Shown here piece by piece: positions 1-6,990 of a DNA stretch of 10,148 nt; positions within the stretch are counted from its first letter, which is position 1; the number at the start of each line of letters is the position of its first letter. The stretch lies in IMG/VR virus record IMGVR_UViG_2563366802_000015; one strand, given 5' to 3'. Below the pieces are notes generated by a model that was given only the letters and a program-made list of their open reading frames with translations, was not told where the DNA came from and searched no databases. The stretch comes from a virus. Its lineage: Duplodnaviria > Heunggongvirae > Uroviricota > Caudoviricetes. Position numbers and translations under genes: made by a program.

Positions 1-1011
1 TTATAACGTCACTCCGCCTTTTAGAGGATTCAGTGCGACGGCATTTTGCAGGTAGTCAGGCGCAAGGTGCGCATAGGCCATCGTCTGCTGAATGCTCGCA
101 TGTCCCAGAATCTGTTGCAGTGCGATTATATTGCCCCCATTCATCATGAAATGGCTTGCGAATGTATGCCGCAGGATGTGGGTTGCCTGATTGGGTGGTA
201 TATCTGGCTTCACTCTGCGTAAAATCCCGCAAAACTTCTCATAATCAACTTTGAATAATTTAGCGCTGGCCTCCTCTTTAACTTTTTTCTCCAGTTCCTC
301 AGAAATCGGCACGGTTCGCTTTTTACCGTTTTTGGTTTTCAGGAAGGTAACCCTGCAATTTGTAATCTGTGCTGGTTTTAGCGTGGCAACTTCCGTCCAT
401 CTTCCTCCAGTGCTCAGACATAAAAGTGCGACAAGTAAGTCATCACCATCCAAAACATTTAACAGTTTTTCGATTTCTGCTTTTTCCAGGAACGTCATTT
501 CAGGGTTGGCCTCCGCCAGTGGCGGCAGTCCGTGAATTGGGTGTTGCCCGGAAAATTCATCCAATTGAATTAATTTTGTGAACATGCCGGATAATCGGTA
601 CATGTCACGGTTTATCGTTGCGGCACTGATACCATCACGTAGTCGCATGGAACGATAATCCATCAAAGCTCTTTTGCTCATCCGGCTCACTGGTATATCA
701 CCTATGCCGCTGATGGTTTTGAGCAGATGATTAAACTCTTTTGTTCCATGCTCGTGGTTTTGCCCGTGATATTTCCACCAGATGTCCAGCAACTCACTCA
801 AAGTTCTGCGATCTGCTCGCTGACCTGCCCATTCTTTCTGGCTGGCGTAGGCGATTGTGTATCGCTCAAATGCTACAGCCTCAGCTTTTCTTTCAAATTT
901 CCTGCGGATGCGTTTTCCGTCGCGACCGCGAGGTCTAATGTCCACTTCATAGCGTCCATCATCGAGCTTCTTAATTGACATAAGAAAGCCCTCTGACGCT
1001 GTATTCACCAT
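1..1011 (-). CDS. int: Phage tyrosine integrase (P2 Int-like site-specific recombinase)
   Basis: 336-aa minus-strand ORF ending TAA at 1-3. The C-terminus has the tyrosine-recombinase catalytic signature (HILRHTFASHF ... LGHASIQQTMAYAHLAPDY, i.e. the R..H..R..Y box). The N-terminus (KKLDDGRYEVDIRPRGRDGKRIRRKF) matches P2-family integrases as I recall them. Length agrees with P2 Int (about 337 aa). An internal in-frame ATG at 981 is preceded by a GAGGG Shine-Dalgarno and is an alternative start. Confidence 0.9.
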   Translation of the reverse strand: MVNTASEGFLMSIKKLDDGRYEVDIRPRGRDGKRIRRKFERKAEAVAFERYTIAYASQKEWAGQRADRRTLSELLDIWWKYHGQNHEHGTKEFNHLLKTISGIGDIPVSRMSKRALMDYRSMRLRDGISAATINRDMYRLSGMFTKLIQLDEFSGQHPIHGLPPLAEANPEMTFLEKAEIEKLLNVLDGDDLLVALLCLSTGGRWTEVATLKPAQITNCRVTFLKTKNGKKRTVPISEELEKKVKEEASAKLFKVDYEKFCGILRRVKPDIPPNQATHILRHTFASHFMMNGGNIIALQQILGHASIQQTMAYAHLAPDYLQNAVALNPLKGGVTL

Positions 1012-1050
1012 CTTGGTAACAAATAGTGAAAATGTAATGTTTATAGAGTG

Positions 1051-1344
1051 TTAACCAGTCTGTTTTTCGGAGTGGTCTGATTCTGTTGGTTTTTGCCCAA
1101 TGTGTGCGAGAGCCGGCGCGATCTGACCAGCTTGTGGTGACGTATCACCAGTCATTAACCAGAGCGTATATTTTTTAAATAAAGGCGTATTTGTGACTCG
1201 CATAACGATGCTGAGACCAGGGTCTTTATGCCCACTTTCGTAATTTTTGACTGTTCCTAGAGCTATCCCGCTAATTTCGCTGAATTTCGCCTGTGTTAAG
1301 CCTTCTGCTTTCCTAATCGCTTTCAGTTTTTCGAATGTCTGCAT
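1051..1344 (-). CDS. C: P2 C-type immunity repressor (small HTH repressor)
   Basis: 97-aa minus-strand ORF immediately upstream of int and divergent from cox. It has an HTH-like N-terminus (LTQAKFSEISGIALGTVKNYESG) and a C-terminal tail (KYTLWLMTG...GQIAPALAHIGQ) closely resembling phage P2 C repressor (99 aa) as recalled. Position and size fit the P2 lysogeny module. Confidence 0.85.
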   Translation of the reverse strand: MQTFEKLKAIRKAEGLTQAKFSEISGIALGTVKNYESGHKDPGLSIVMRVTNTPLFKKYTLWLMTGDTSPQAGQIAPALAHIGQKPTESDHSEKQTG

Positions 1345-1373
1345 TTGACAGTAACCTATTGGTGACTTATATT
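1345..1373 (+). promoter_or_regulatory. Candidate rightward early promoter (Pe-like): -35 TTGACA, 17-bp spacer, -10 TATATT
   Basis: TTGACA at 1345-1350 and TATATT at 1368-1373 with exactly 17 bp between them, oriented toward cox (ATG 1497). The -35 abuts the start codon of the divergent repressor gene, as expected for a face-to-face P2-type switch. Confidence 0.45.
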
Positions 1374-1400
1374 CCCGTCAAAAGGTTGTGTATTGGTGAC
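1357..1400. promoter_or_regulatory. Perfect 10-bp direct repeat TATTGGTGAC (1357-1366 and 1391-1400) flanking the candidate -10; candidate repressor operator half-sites
   Basis: Two identical 10-mers 34 bp apart, one in the promoter spacer and one just downstream of the -10. P2-type C repressors are known to bind direct repeats flanking the -10 of Pe. Assigning these as the operator is inference. Confidence 0.35.
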
Positions 1401-1416
1401 CTTTTGAGTGTGTTAG

Positions 1417-1457
1417 CCAGTCCCTAGAAAGGACAGGGGCGACCTAGAAGGGACTGG
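1417..1457. repeat. Composite symmetric element: 8-bp inverted repeat CCAGTCCC/GGGACTGG enclosing imperfect direct repeats CCTAGAAAGGA / CCTAGAAGGGA
   Basis: 1417-1424 is the reverse complement of 1450-1457. Inside it, 1423-1433 and 1443-1453 are near-identical direct repeats. It lies in the cox 5' leader and could be a Cox, IHF or repressor site, or part of the leftward promoter region. Confidence 0.3.
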
Positions 1458-1496
1458 ATCTAATAAGGGTAACACGAAAGCAAAAAGGGCTAATCA

Positions 1497-1769
1497 ATGG
1501 AAGTCAATGACTATGTGATTCAGTACCCGATTGATGCGGTACATACGGTTAAGTTTGCAGAGTTACTTGGTAAGCCAGAAACGGCTGTAGTCAAGATGGT
1601 AAAAGAGAATAAATTGCCAGTTATTGAGCTTCGTGATCCAAGTAAGCCGAACGCCCGTGTCGGTGAGAAGTGGGTTTTCATTCCAGAGTTTAATCGCGCT
1701 GTACGAGAGGCGTTTTATAACCGACCAGTTGAACAGCGTGATGCATGGCTTTTGTGGATGGGGTTGTGA
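1497..1769 (+). CDS. cox: Cox-like excisionase / transcriptional switch protein
   Basis: 90-aa ORF, first gene rightward of the switch region, ATG preceded by AAAGGG at suitable spacing. Size and sequence pattern (KLPVIELRDPS...GEKWVFIPEFN...RDAWLLWMGL) resemble P2 Cox (91 aa) as recalled. Confidence 0.8.
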   Translation: MEVNDYVIQYPIDAVHTVKFAELLGKPETAVVKMVKENKLPVIELRDPSKPNARVGEKWVFIPEFNRAVREAFYNRPVEQRDAWLLWMGL

Positions 1770-1771
1770 TT

Positions 1772-1942
1772 ATGAGTGAACCGCGTTGTATTGCTCAGTT
1801 ACTGCGTAACGAAAGCCCCAGGGCGATTGACTTCACCATCACCCACGGTAAGGGGCGTAAGGGAATCATTATCCGCACCAAAAAACAGAGTCCGTTAAAA
1901 AAGGCTCTGACCTTTCTGAAAAGCCGGAGGGTATGGAAATGA
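1772..1942 (+). CDS. Small basic hypothetical protein (positional equivalent of P2 orf78)
   Basis: ATG at 1772 directly after the cox stop (1767-1769), ending at 1942 and overlapping the start of B. An alternative in-frame ATG at 1745 lies inside cox. There is no recognisable domain, and the real start is uncertain. Confidence 0.35.
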   Translation: MSEPRCIAQLLRNESPRAIDFTITHGKGRKGIIIRTKKQSPLKKALTFLKSRRVWK

Positions 1943-2439
1943 CAGTGATGACGCTCAATCTCGTTGAAAAACAGCCAGCAGCTATGCGCCGGATAATTGG
2001 TAAGCATCTGGCCGTCCCTCGCTGGCAGGAGACATGCGATTATTATAATCAGATGATGGAACGCGAACGGCTAACGGTTTGCTTCCATGCGCAGTTAAAA
2101 CAGCGTCACGCAACGATGCGTTTTGAAGAAATGAACGACGTCGAACGTGAACGGCTGGTTTGTGCAATTGATGAATTGCGTGGGGCATTCTCAAAACGCC
2201 GTCAGGTTGGCGCAAGTGAGTATGCATATATTAGTTTTTTAACAGTCAGTCAGCGTCGTACTTTATTTATGCATGCCGGATTGACTGAAAAAGAATTCAA
2301 CCAGCCATACTGGCGAATTAATGAAGAATTATGTTACTGGCGTGATGCTTTATTCCGTGCATTACGTGAATTATTCAGCCTGTTTGAGTATGCACCGACA
2401 ATTCTGACGTCGGTAAAACCAGAGCAATATCTGCATTAA
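1939..2439 (+). CDS. B: P2 B-like replication protein (helicase-loader/lagging-strand factor)
   Basis: ORF in the conserved position between cox and the small ORFs upstream of A. Starting at ATG 1939 gives 166 aa, matching P2 B, with GGAGG at 1926-1930 eight nt upstream. The ORF track's 1933 start would have only 2 nt of spacing. Confidence 0.75.
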   Translation: MTVMTLNLVEKQPAAMRRIIGKHLAVPRWQETCDYYNQMMERERLTVCFHAQLKQRHATMRFEEMNDVERERLVCAIDELRGAFSKRRQVGASEYAYISFLTVSQRRTLFMHAGLTEKEFNQPYWRINEELCYWRDALFRALRELFSLFEYAPTILTSVKPEQYLH

Positions 2440-2502
2440 GTAATTAACCAGAGTTTTTAACGCACTTAATCGTGCGGGGCTTCTTTTTGCCTGGAGAAAG
2501 TC

Positions 2503-2727
2503 ATGCATACAGTTTCTGAAAATCAGTGCGGTAAATACGCATTACTGCTGCAACAGGCCAGAACCGAAGCACAGGCCGACGCAGCGACGCGCTTTTCTTC
2601 TCATCTTGACGCCATGATTCGCCACATCACAAAGGCGGAGTTATCCCGCGTGGAGATAGTCGAGCTGCTCAGTCAGGAGTCGGAAAAATTTCACAATATC
2701 GGATTGTCTCGCGGGGAGGTGCTTTGA
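2503..2727 (+). CDS. Hypothetical early-operon protein (P2 orf80-like position)
   Basis: 74-aa ORF with ATG preceded by GGAGA. Its stop overlaps the next start (TGATG), indicating translational coupling. No recognisable motif. Confidence 0.6.
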   Translation: MHTVSENQCGKYALLLQQARTEAQADAATRFSSHLDAMIRHITKAELSRVEIVELLSQESEKFHNIGLSRGEVL

Positions 2728-3029
2728 TGTCCTGTTCTCGTTCAGTTGTATTACTGAATAACGCCTTAAAAATCGCCGTTATGAAAAATGGCGATTTATC
2801 TCTTATTCAACTTGGTCTTGATAAAGAAAAACGCGAAATAACTGAGTCTGTTATCGCGATTTATCAGAACGAATTAAATCTCCTGTCTGATGTGGTCAAT
2901 TTACTTGTTAAACGCGCTGTATTTCACAAGAAAATCTCCTCCGTGGATGAACTGACAAAATTAACAACAGAAATTGCCAGCTATTGCGCTGATGAATTTA
3001 AAAAACTTAACGACAAAAGGAGCTGGTAA
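2727..3029 (+). CDS. Hypothetical early-operon protein (P2 orf81-like position)
   Basis: ATG at 2727 overlaps the upstream TGA by 1 nt. The ORF ends TAA at 3027-3029, overlapping the next ATG. The ORF track's 2724 start is a TTG one codon upstream. Confidence 0.6.
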   Translation: MSCSRSVVLLNNALKIAVMKNGDLSLIQLGLDKEKREITESVIAIYQNELNLLSDVVNLLVKRAVFHKKISSVDELTKLTTEIASYCADEFKKLNDKRSW

Positions 3030-3253
3030 TGCCGGACAACGTAGATTTTATTCAGGAACAACAGGCTGAATTACTGGAGCGTCAGATTAACGCGGCAAGG
3101 GTAAAACATTGCGGTGCTTCTGCGCTGGTTTGCGAAGAGTGTGACGCGCCAATACCTGCTGCCCGTCGTGCGGCTTATCCGTCAGCCACGCGTTGTGTTT
3201 CCTGTCAGTCAGTCTTTGAAGCAAAAAACAAACATTACCGGAGAACGGCATGA
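3029..3253 (+). CDS. TraR/DksA-family C4-type zinc-finger protein (P2 orf82-like)
   Basis: 74-aa ORF with a four-cysteine motif CEEC-x17-CVSC near the C-terminus, typical of the TraR/DksA zinc-finger family. AAAGGAG Shine-Dalgarno upstream; start overlaps the previous stop (TAATG). Confidence 0.7.
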   Translation: MPDNVDFIQEQQAELLERQINAARVKHCGASALVCEECDAPIPAARRAAYPSATRCVSCQSVFEAKNKHYRRTA

Positions 3254-3525
3254 GTATTCGTATTGAAATTGGCGAACGTTATGTCGTTACCAGTGACAGC
3301 TTTCAGTTTATTCTCCACGAGAAAAAGAGAGCGGAAAGCGGTAAAAACGCCGGTCAGGAATGGCTGGCGGTGGTTGGTTATTACCCGAAATTAAGCCAGC
3401 TCGTTTCCGGCCTGATGCATCACGATATTCTGACCGGAAGCGCAAAATCTTTTGCTGATTTAAACGCGCAGGTTGAGCAACTCAGCAAGCGTTGTTCAGA
3501 GGCTTTTGGCTCACATGGACGTTAA
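3250..3525 (+). CDS. Hypothetical early-operon protein (P2 orf83-like position)
   Basis: 91-aa ORF with ATGA start/stop overlap with the preceding gene and GGAGA upstream. Its 3' end overlaps the start of gene A. Confidence 0.6.
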   Translation: MSIRIEIGERYVVTSDSFQFILHEKKRAESGKNAGQEWLAVVGYYPKLSQLVSGLMHHDILTGSAKSFADLNAQVEQLSKRCSEAFGSHGR

Positions 3526-5788
3526 AGCCTCCGGGCGTTTTGTCCCTCCGTCAGCATTTGCCGCAGGCACCGGTAAGACGTTTACCGGTGCTTATGCATG
3601 GAACGCGCCACGCGAGGCCGTCGGGCGCGAAAGACCCCTTACACGTGACGAGATGCGTCAGGTGCAAGGTGTTTTATCCACGATTAACCGCCTGCCTTAC
3701 TTTTTGCGTTCGCTGTTTACTTCACGCTATGACTACATCCGGCGCAATAAAAGCCCGGTGCACGGGTTTTATTTCCTCACATCCACTTTTCAGCGTCGTT
3801 TATGGCCGCGCATTGAGCGCGTGAATCAGCGCCATGAAATGAACACCGACGCGTCGTTGCTGTTTCTGGCAGAGCGTGACCACTATGCGCGCCTGCCTGG
3901 AATGAATGACAAGGAGCTGAAAAAGTTTGCCGCCCGTATCTCATCGCAGCTTTTCATGATGTATGAGGAACTCTGCGATGCATGGGTTGATGCGCATGGT
4001 GAAAAAGAATCGCTGTTTACGGATGAGGCGCAGGCTCACCTGTATGGTCATGTTGCTGGCGCTGCACGTGCTTTCAATATTTCCCCGCTCTACTGGAAAA
4101 AATACAGTAAAGGACAGATGACCACGAGGCAGGCATATTCTGCCATTGCCCGTCTGTTTAACGATGAGTGGTGGATTAGTCAGCTTAAAGGCCAGCGTAT
4201 GCGCTGGCATGAGGCGTTACTGATTGCTGTCGGGGAGGTCAATAAAGACCGTTCTCCTTATGCCAGTAAACATGCCATTCGTGATGTGCGTGCGCGCCGC
4301 CAGGCAAATCTGGAATTTCTTAAATCGTGTGACCTTGAAAACAGGGAAACCGGCGAGCGCATCGACCTTATCAGTAAGGTGATGGGCAGTATTTCTAATC
4401 CAGAAATTCGCCGGATGGAGCTGATGAACACCATTGCCGGTATTGAGCGTTACGCCGCCGCAGAGGGTGATTTGGGGATGTTTATCACGCTGACCGCGCC
4501 GTCAAAGTATCACCCGACACGTCAGGTCGGAAAAGGCGAAAGTAAAACCGTTCAGCTTAATCACGGCTGGAACGATGAGGCATTTAATCCAAAGGATGCG
4601 CAGCGTTATCTCTGCCGTATCTGGAGCCTGATGCGCACGGCATTCAAGGATAATGATTTACAGGTCTACGGTTTGCGTGTCGTCGAGCCACACCACGACG
4701 GAACGCCGCACTGGCATATGATGCTTTTTTGTAATCCGCGCCAGCGTAACCAGATTATCGAAATCATGCGTCGCTATGCGCTCAAAGAGGATGGCGACGA
4801 AAGAGGAGCCGCGCGAAACCGTTTTCAGGAAAAACACCTTAACCGGGGCGGTGCTGCGGGGTATATCGCGAAATACATCTCAAAAAATATCGACGGCTAT
4901 GCACTGGATGGGCAGCTCGATAACGATACCGGCAGACCGCTGAAAGATACTGCCGCGGCTGTTACCGCATGGGCGTCAACGTGGCGCATTCCGCAATTTA
5001 AAACGGTTGGCCTGCCGACAATGGGGGCTTACCGTGAACTACGCAAATTGCCTCGCGGCGTCAGCATTGCTGATGAGTTTGACGAGCGCGTCGAGGCTGC
5101 ACGCGCCGCCGCAGACAGTGGTGATTTTGCGCTGTATATCAGCGCGCAGGGTGGGGCAAATGTCCCGCGCGATTGCCAGACTGTCAGGGTTGCCCGTAGC
5201 CCGTCGGATGACGTTAACGAGTACGAGGAAGAAGTCGAGAGAGTGGTCGGCATTTACGCGCCGCATCTCGGCGCGCGTCATATTCATATCACCAGAACGA
5301 CGGACTGGCGCATTGTTCCGAAAGTGCCGGTCGTTGAGCCTTTGACTTTAAAAAGCGGCATCGCCGCGCCTCGGAGTCCTGTCAATAACTGTGGAAAACT
5401 CACCGGTGGTGATACTTCGTTACCGGCTCCCACACCTTCTGAGCACGCCGCAGCAGTGCTTAATCTGGTTGATGACAGTGTTATCGAATGGAGTGACCCG
5501 GAGGTCGTGAGGGCGCTCAGAGGTGCATTAAAACACGGTCGGAGAACGCCAAATCGTCAGCAAAGAAACGGAAGCTCGTTAAAACCACATGAAATTGCAC
5601 CATCGGCCAGACTGGCCCGGTCGGAACGAATGCAAATTACCCGTATCCGCGTTGACCTTGCTCAGAACGGTATCAGGCCGCAGCGATGGGAGCTTGAGGC
5701 GCTGGCGCGTGGCGCGACCGTAAATTATGATGGGAAAACGTTTTCATATCCGATTTCTGATGGTTGGGCGGGATTTGAAACAAACTAA
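3515..5788 (+). CDS. A: Rolling-circle replication initiator endonuclease, phage P2 gpA family
   Basis: Long ORF of 757 aa from ATG 3515 (the track's 3473 is an upstream TTG). It has an HUH motif (PHWHMMLF, nt 4709-4723) and paired catalytic tyrosines in YIAKY (Tyr codons 4862-4864 and 4874-4876), as in the P2 A / phiX174 A superfamily. Size and position after orf80-83 match P2 gene A (about 761 aa). Confidence 0.92.
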   Translation: MDVKASGRFVPPSAFAAGTGKTFTGAYAWNAPREAVGRERPLTRDEMRQVQGVLSTINRLPYFLRSLFTSRYDYIRRNKSPVHGFYFLTSTFQRRLWPRIERVNQRHEMNTDASLLFLAERDHYARLPGMNDKELKKFAARISSQLFMMYEELCDAWVDAHGEKESLFTDEAQAHLYGHVAGAARAFNISPLYWKKYSKGQMTTRQAYSAIARLFNDEWWISQLKGQRMRWHEALLIAVGEVNKDRSPYASKHAIRDVRARRQANLEFLKSCDLENRETGERIDLISKVMGSISNPEIRRMELMNTIAGIERYAAAEGDLGMFITLTAPSKYHPTRQVGKGESKTVQLNHGWNDEAFNPKDAQRYLCRIWSLMRTAFKDNDLQVYGLRVVEPHHDGTPHWHMMLFCNPRQRNQIIEIMRRYALKEDGDERGAARNRFQEKHLNRGGAAGYIAKYISKNIDGYALDGQLDNDTGRPLKDTAAAVTAWASTWRIPQFKTVGLPTMGAYRELRKLPRGVSIADEFDERVEAARAAADSGDFALYISAQGGANVPRDCQTVRVARSPSDDVNEYEEEVERVVGIYAPHLGARHIHITRTTDWRIVPKVPVVEPLTLKSGIAAPRSPVNNCGKLTGGDTSLPAPTPSEHAAAVLNLVDDSVIEWSDPEVVRALRGALKHGRRTPNRQQRNGSSLKPHEIAPSARLARSERMQITRIRVDLAQNGIRPQRWELEALARGATVNYDGKTFSYPISDGWAGFETN

Positions 5789-5802
5789 CAATAATGATTG
5801 AC

Positions 5803-5833
5803 ATGCTTGATTTTGTATTCACAAATCAAGCAT
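5803..5833. repeat. Perfect 11-bp inverted repeat ATGCTTGATTT / AAATCAAGCAT with 9-bp spacer, at the backbone-cargo boundary
   Basis: 5803-5813 is the exact reverse complement of 5823-5833. It sits just 3' of the gene A stop and upstream of the methyltransferase gene, overlapping a TTGACA hexamer (5798-5803). No U-tract follows, so it is not a classic intrinsic terminator. Confidence 0.4.
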
Positions 5834-5863
5834 CAAGTAAACATCGATGATGAGAAAGAACAA

Positions 5864-5872
5864 TGCTACAAT
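5864..5872 (+). promoter_or_regulatory. Candidate extended -10 promoter element (TGcTACAAT) for the methyltransferase gene
   Basis: TGnTACAAT at 5864-5872, about 28 nt upstream of the proposed TTG start (5900) and 16 nt upstream of the AGGAGG Shine-Dalgarno. The -35 region is weak, so this is only a candidate. Confidence 0.3.
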
Positions 5873-5899
5873 CCCCACAGCATTAGAAGGAGGTTTATC

Positions 5900-6949
5900 T
5901 TGATTAAGGTTGTTGATTTATTCTGTGGCGCGGGTGGCTTGACTCACGGTCTTCAGAAGTCGGGGCTTAATGTAGTTGCAGGTTATGATATAGATGCAGC
6001 CTGTCGATTTGCCTATGAGACAAATAATAAATCACTCTTTGTCCAGAAAAGTGTTACAGACATTGAGGACGGCGAATTAGTTAAATATTTCGAAGGAGCG
6101 AAGGTTCGAGTTTTGGCTGGTTGTGCCCCATGCCAACCTTTTTCAAGCTATACCAATAGTGCTAAATTAGGGGTAGTACGTTCAAAAGATAAAAGATGGT
6201 CTTTGCTTTATAGCTTTGCTAAGCAAATTAAATTTGCAAAGCCAGATATTATTACAATGGAAAACGTTCCCCGAGTGGTGAATCATAAGGTTTTTAAGGA
6301 CTTCATTAAGTCTCTTAAAAATGATGGCTATTTTGTTTGGTATGGGGTGGTGTTTTGTCCAGACTATGGAATGGCACAAAGTCGTTCAAGATTAGTGTTA
6401 TTGGCATCAAAATATGGAGAAATAGAAATAATTCCACCAACTCATGAGAAGAATGATTATAAAACGGTGCGAGATATAATCGGTAATCTTCCTGAAATTA
6501 GTGCCGGTGCTGTTCACGCTGGAGATAAACTACATCGCTCTGCATCATTATCTGATATTAATATAAAAAGAATAATGGCATCAAAACCTGGTGGAACATG
6601 GCGTGATTGGCCAGAAGAGCTAAGAGCAAAATGTCATACAAAAGAAAGTGGTTCTACATATACTGCTGTATATGGGAGAATGTGTTGGGATAAACTTGGA
6701 CCGACAATTACAACTCAATGTATTGGATATGGGAATGGACGCTTTGGGCACCCTGTCCAAAATAGAGCATTAAGTTTAAGAGAGGCTGCGCTATTACAGT
6801 CATTCCCAGAAAAGTATGAGTTTTGGCCTGATGATGTAAAAATTGAAATGAGAACAGTTGCGCGTTTAATAGGTAATGCTGTTCCTGTTAGGCTTGGTGA
6901 GGTCGTAGGTGAAACTATTTTAAAACATTTGTCAGAAATGAATATTTAA
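5900..6949 (+). CDS. DNA (cytosine-5)-methyltransferase (Dcm-like C5-MTase, probable modification subunit)
   Basis: Canonical C5-MTase motifs in order: motif I DLFCGAGG (5921-5938), motif IV PCQ (6128-6136), motif VI ENV (6260-6268), motif VIII QSRSR, then a variable region and motif X GNAVPV near the C-terminus. Proposed start is TTG at 5900, 6 nt after a perfect AGGAGG (5888-5893). The ORF track's 5798 start is an upstream in-frame TTG that would add 34 non-conserved residues. Confidence 0.9.
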   Translation: MIKVVDLFCGAGGLTHGLQKSGLNVVAGYDIDAACRFAYETNNKSLFVQKSVTDIEDGELVKYFEGAKVRVLAGCAPCQPFSSYTNSAKLGVVRSKDKRWSLLYSFAKQIKFAKPDIITMENVPRVVNHKVFKDFIKSLKNDGYFVWYGVVFCPDYGMAQSRSRLVLLASKYGEIEIIPPTHEKNDYKTVRDIIGNLPEISAGAVHAGDKLHRSASLSDINIKRIMASKPGGTWRDWPEELRAKCHTKESGSTYTAVYGRMCWDKLGPTITTQCIGYGNGRFGHPVQNRALSLREAALLQSFPEKYEFWPDDVKIEMRTVARLIGNAVPVRLGEVVGETILKHLSEMNI

Positions 6950-6961
6950 AACTTATGTCAT

Positions 6962-6985
6962 CCCCCCTGTCAAAAAACAGGGGGG
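6962..6985. terminator. Bidirectional intrinsic terminator hairpin between convergent genes
   Basis: Perfect 9-bp GC-rich stem (CCCCCCTGT 6962-6970 pairing with ACAGGGGGG 6977-6985) with a 6-nt loop, flanked by A/T-rich sequence on both sides. It lies between the MTase stop (6947-6949) and the minus-strand gene stop (6991-6993). Confidence 0.6.
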
Positions 6986-6990
6986 TATAA

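Noticed and set aside
251-978. Four plus-strand ORFs (251-535, 369-581, 727-978, 741-938) in the integrase region
   Set aside because: All lie antisense within the well-supported integrase gene and have low-complexity, serine- or leucine-rich translations with no motifs. They are most likely spurious antisense frames.
1795-2227. Minus-strand ORFs 1795-2007 and 1982-2227
   Set aside because: Antisense to the conserved B gene region, with no ribosome-binding site or recognisable domain. Treated as non-coding shadow ORFs.
2461-2487. Short hairpin (CGCAC/GTGCG, 5-bp stem) followed by a T-rich run between B and the next ORF
   Set aside because: The stem is short and is separated from the T-tract by GGGC. 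It may act as a weak attenuator, but the evidence is too thin to call a terminator.
3473-3514. ORF-track start at 3473 for gene A
   Set aside because: 3473 is a TTG lying well inside the preceding ORF. The ATG at 3515 gives an N-terminus (MDVKASGRF...) and a length closer to P2 gpA. The true start remains unverified.
3492-5345. ORFs inside gene A on both strands (3492-3824 +, 3941-4210 -, 5007-5345 +, 5029-5253 -, 5039-5287 -)
   Set aside because: Embedded in or antisense to the gene A ORF, which has strong catalytic motifs. Their translations are arginine/alanine-rich, typical of alternative frames in GC-rich coding DNA.
5798-5899. ORF-track start at 5798 for the methyltransferase
   Set aside because: This is a TTG with no Shine-Dalgarno that would add 34 residues upstream of motif I. 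The TTG at 5900 follows a perfect AGGAGG at ideal spacing.
6182-6379. Minus-strand 65-aa ORF inside the methyltransferase gene
   Set aside because: Antisense to a gene with canonical C5-MTase motifs, in AT-rich DNA where stop-free antisense stretches are expected by chance.
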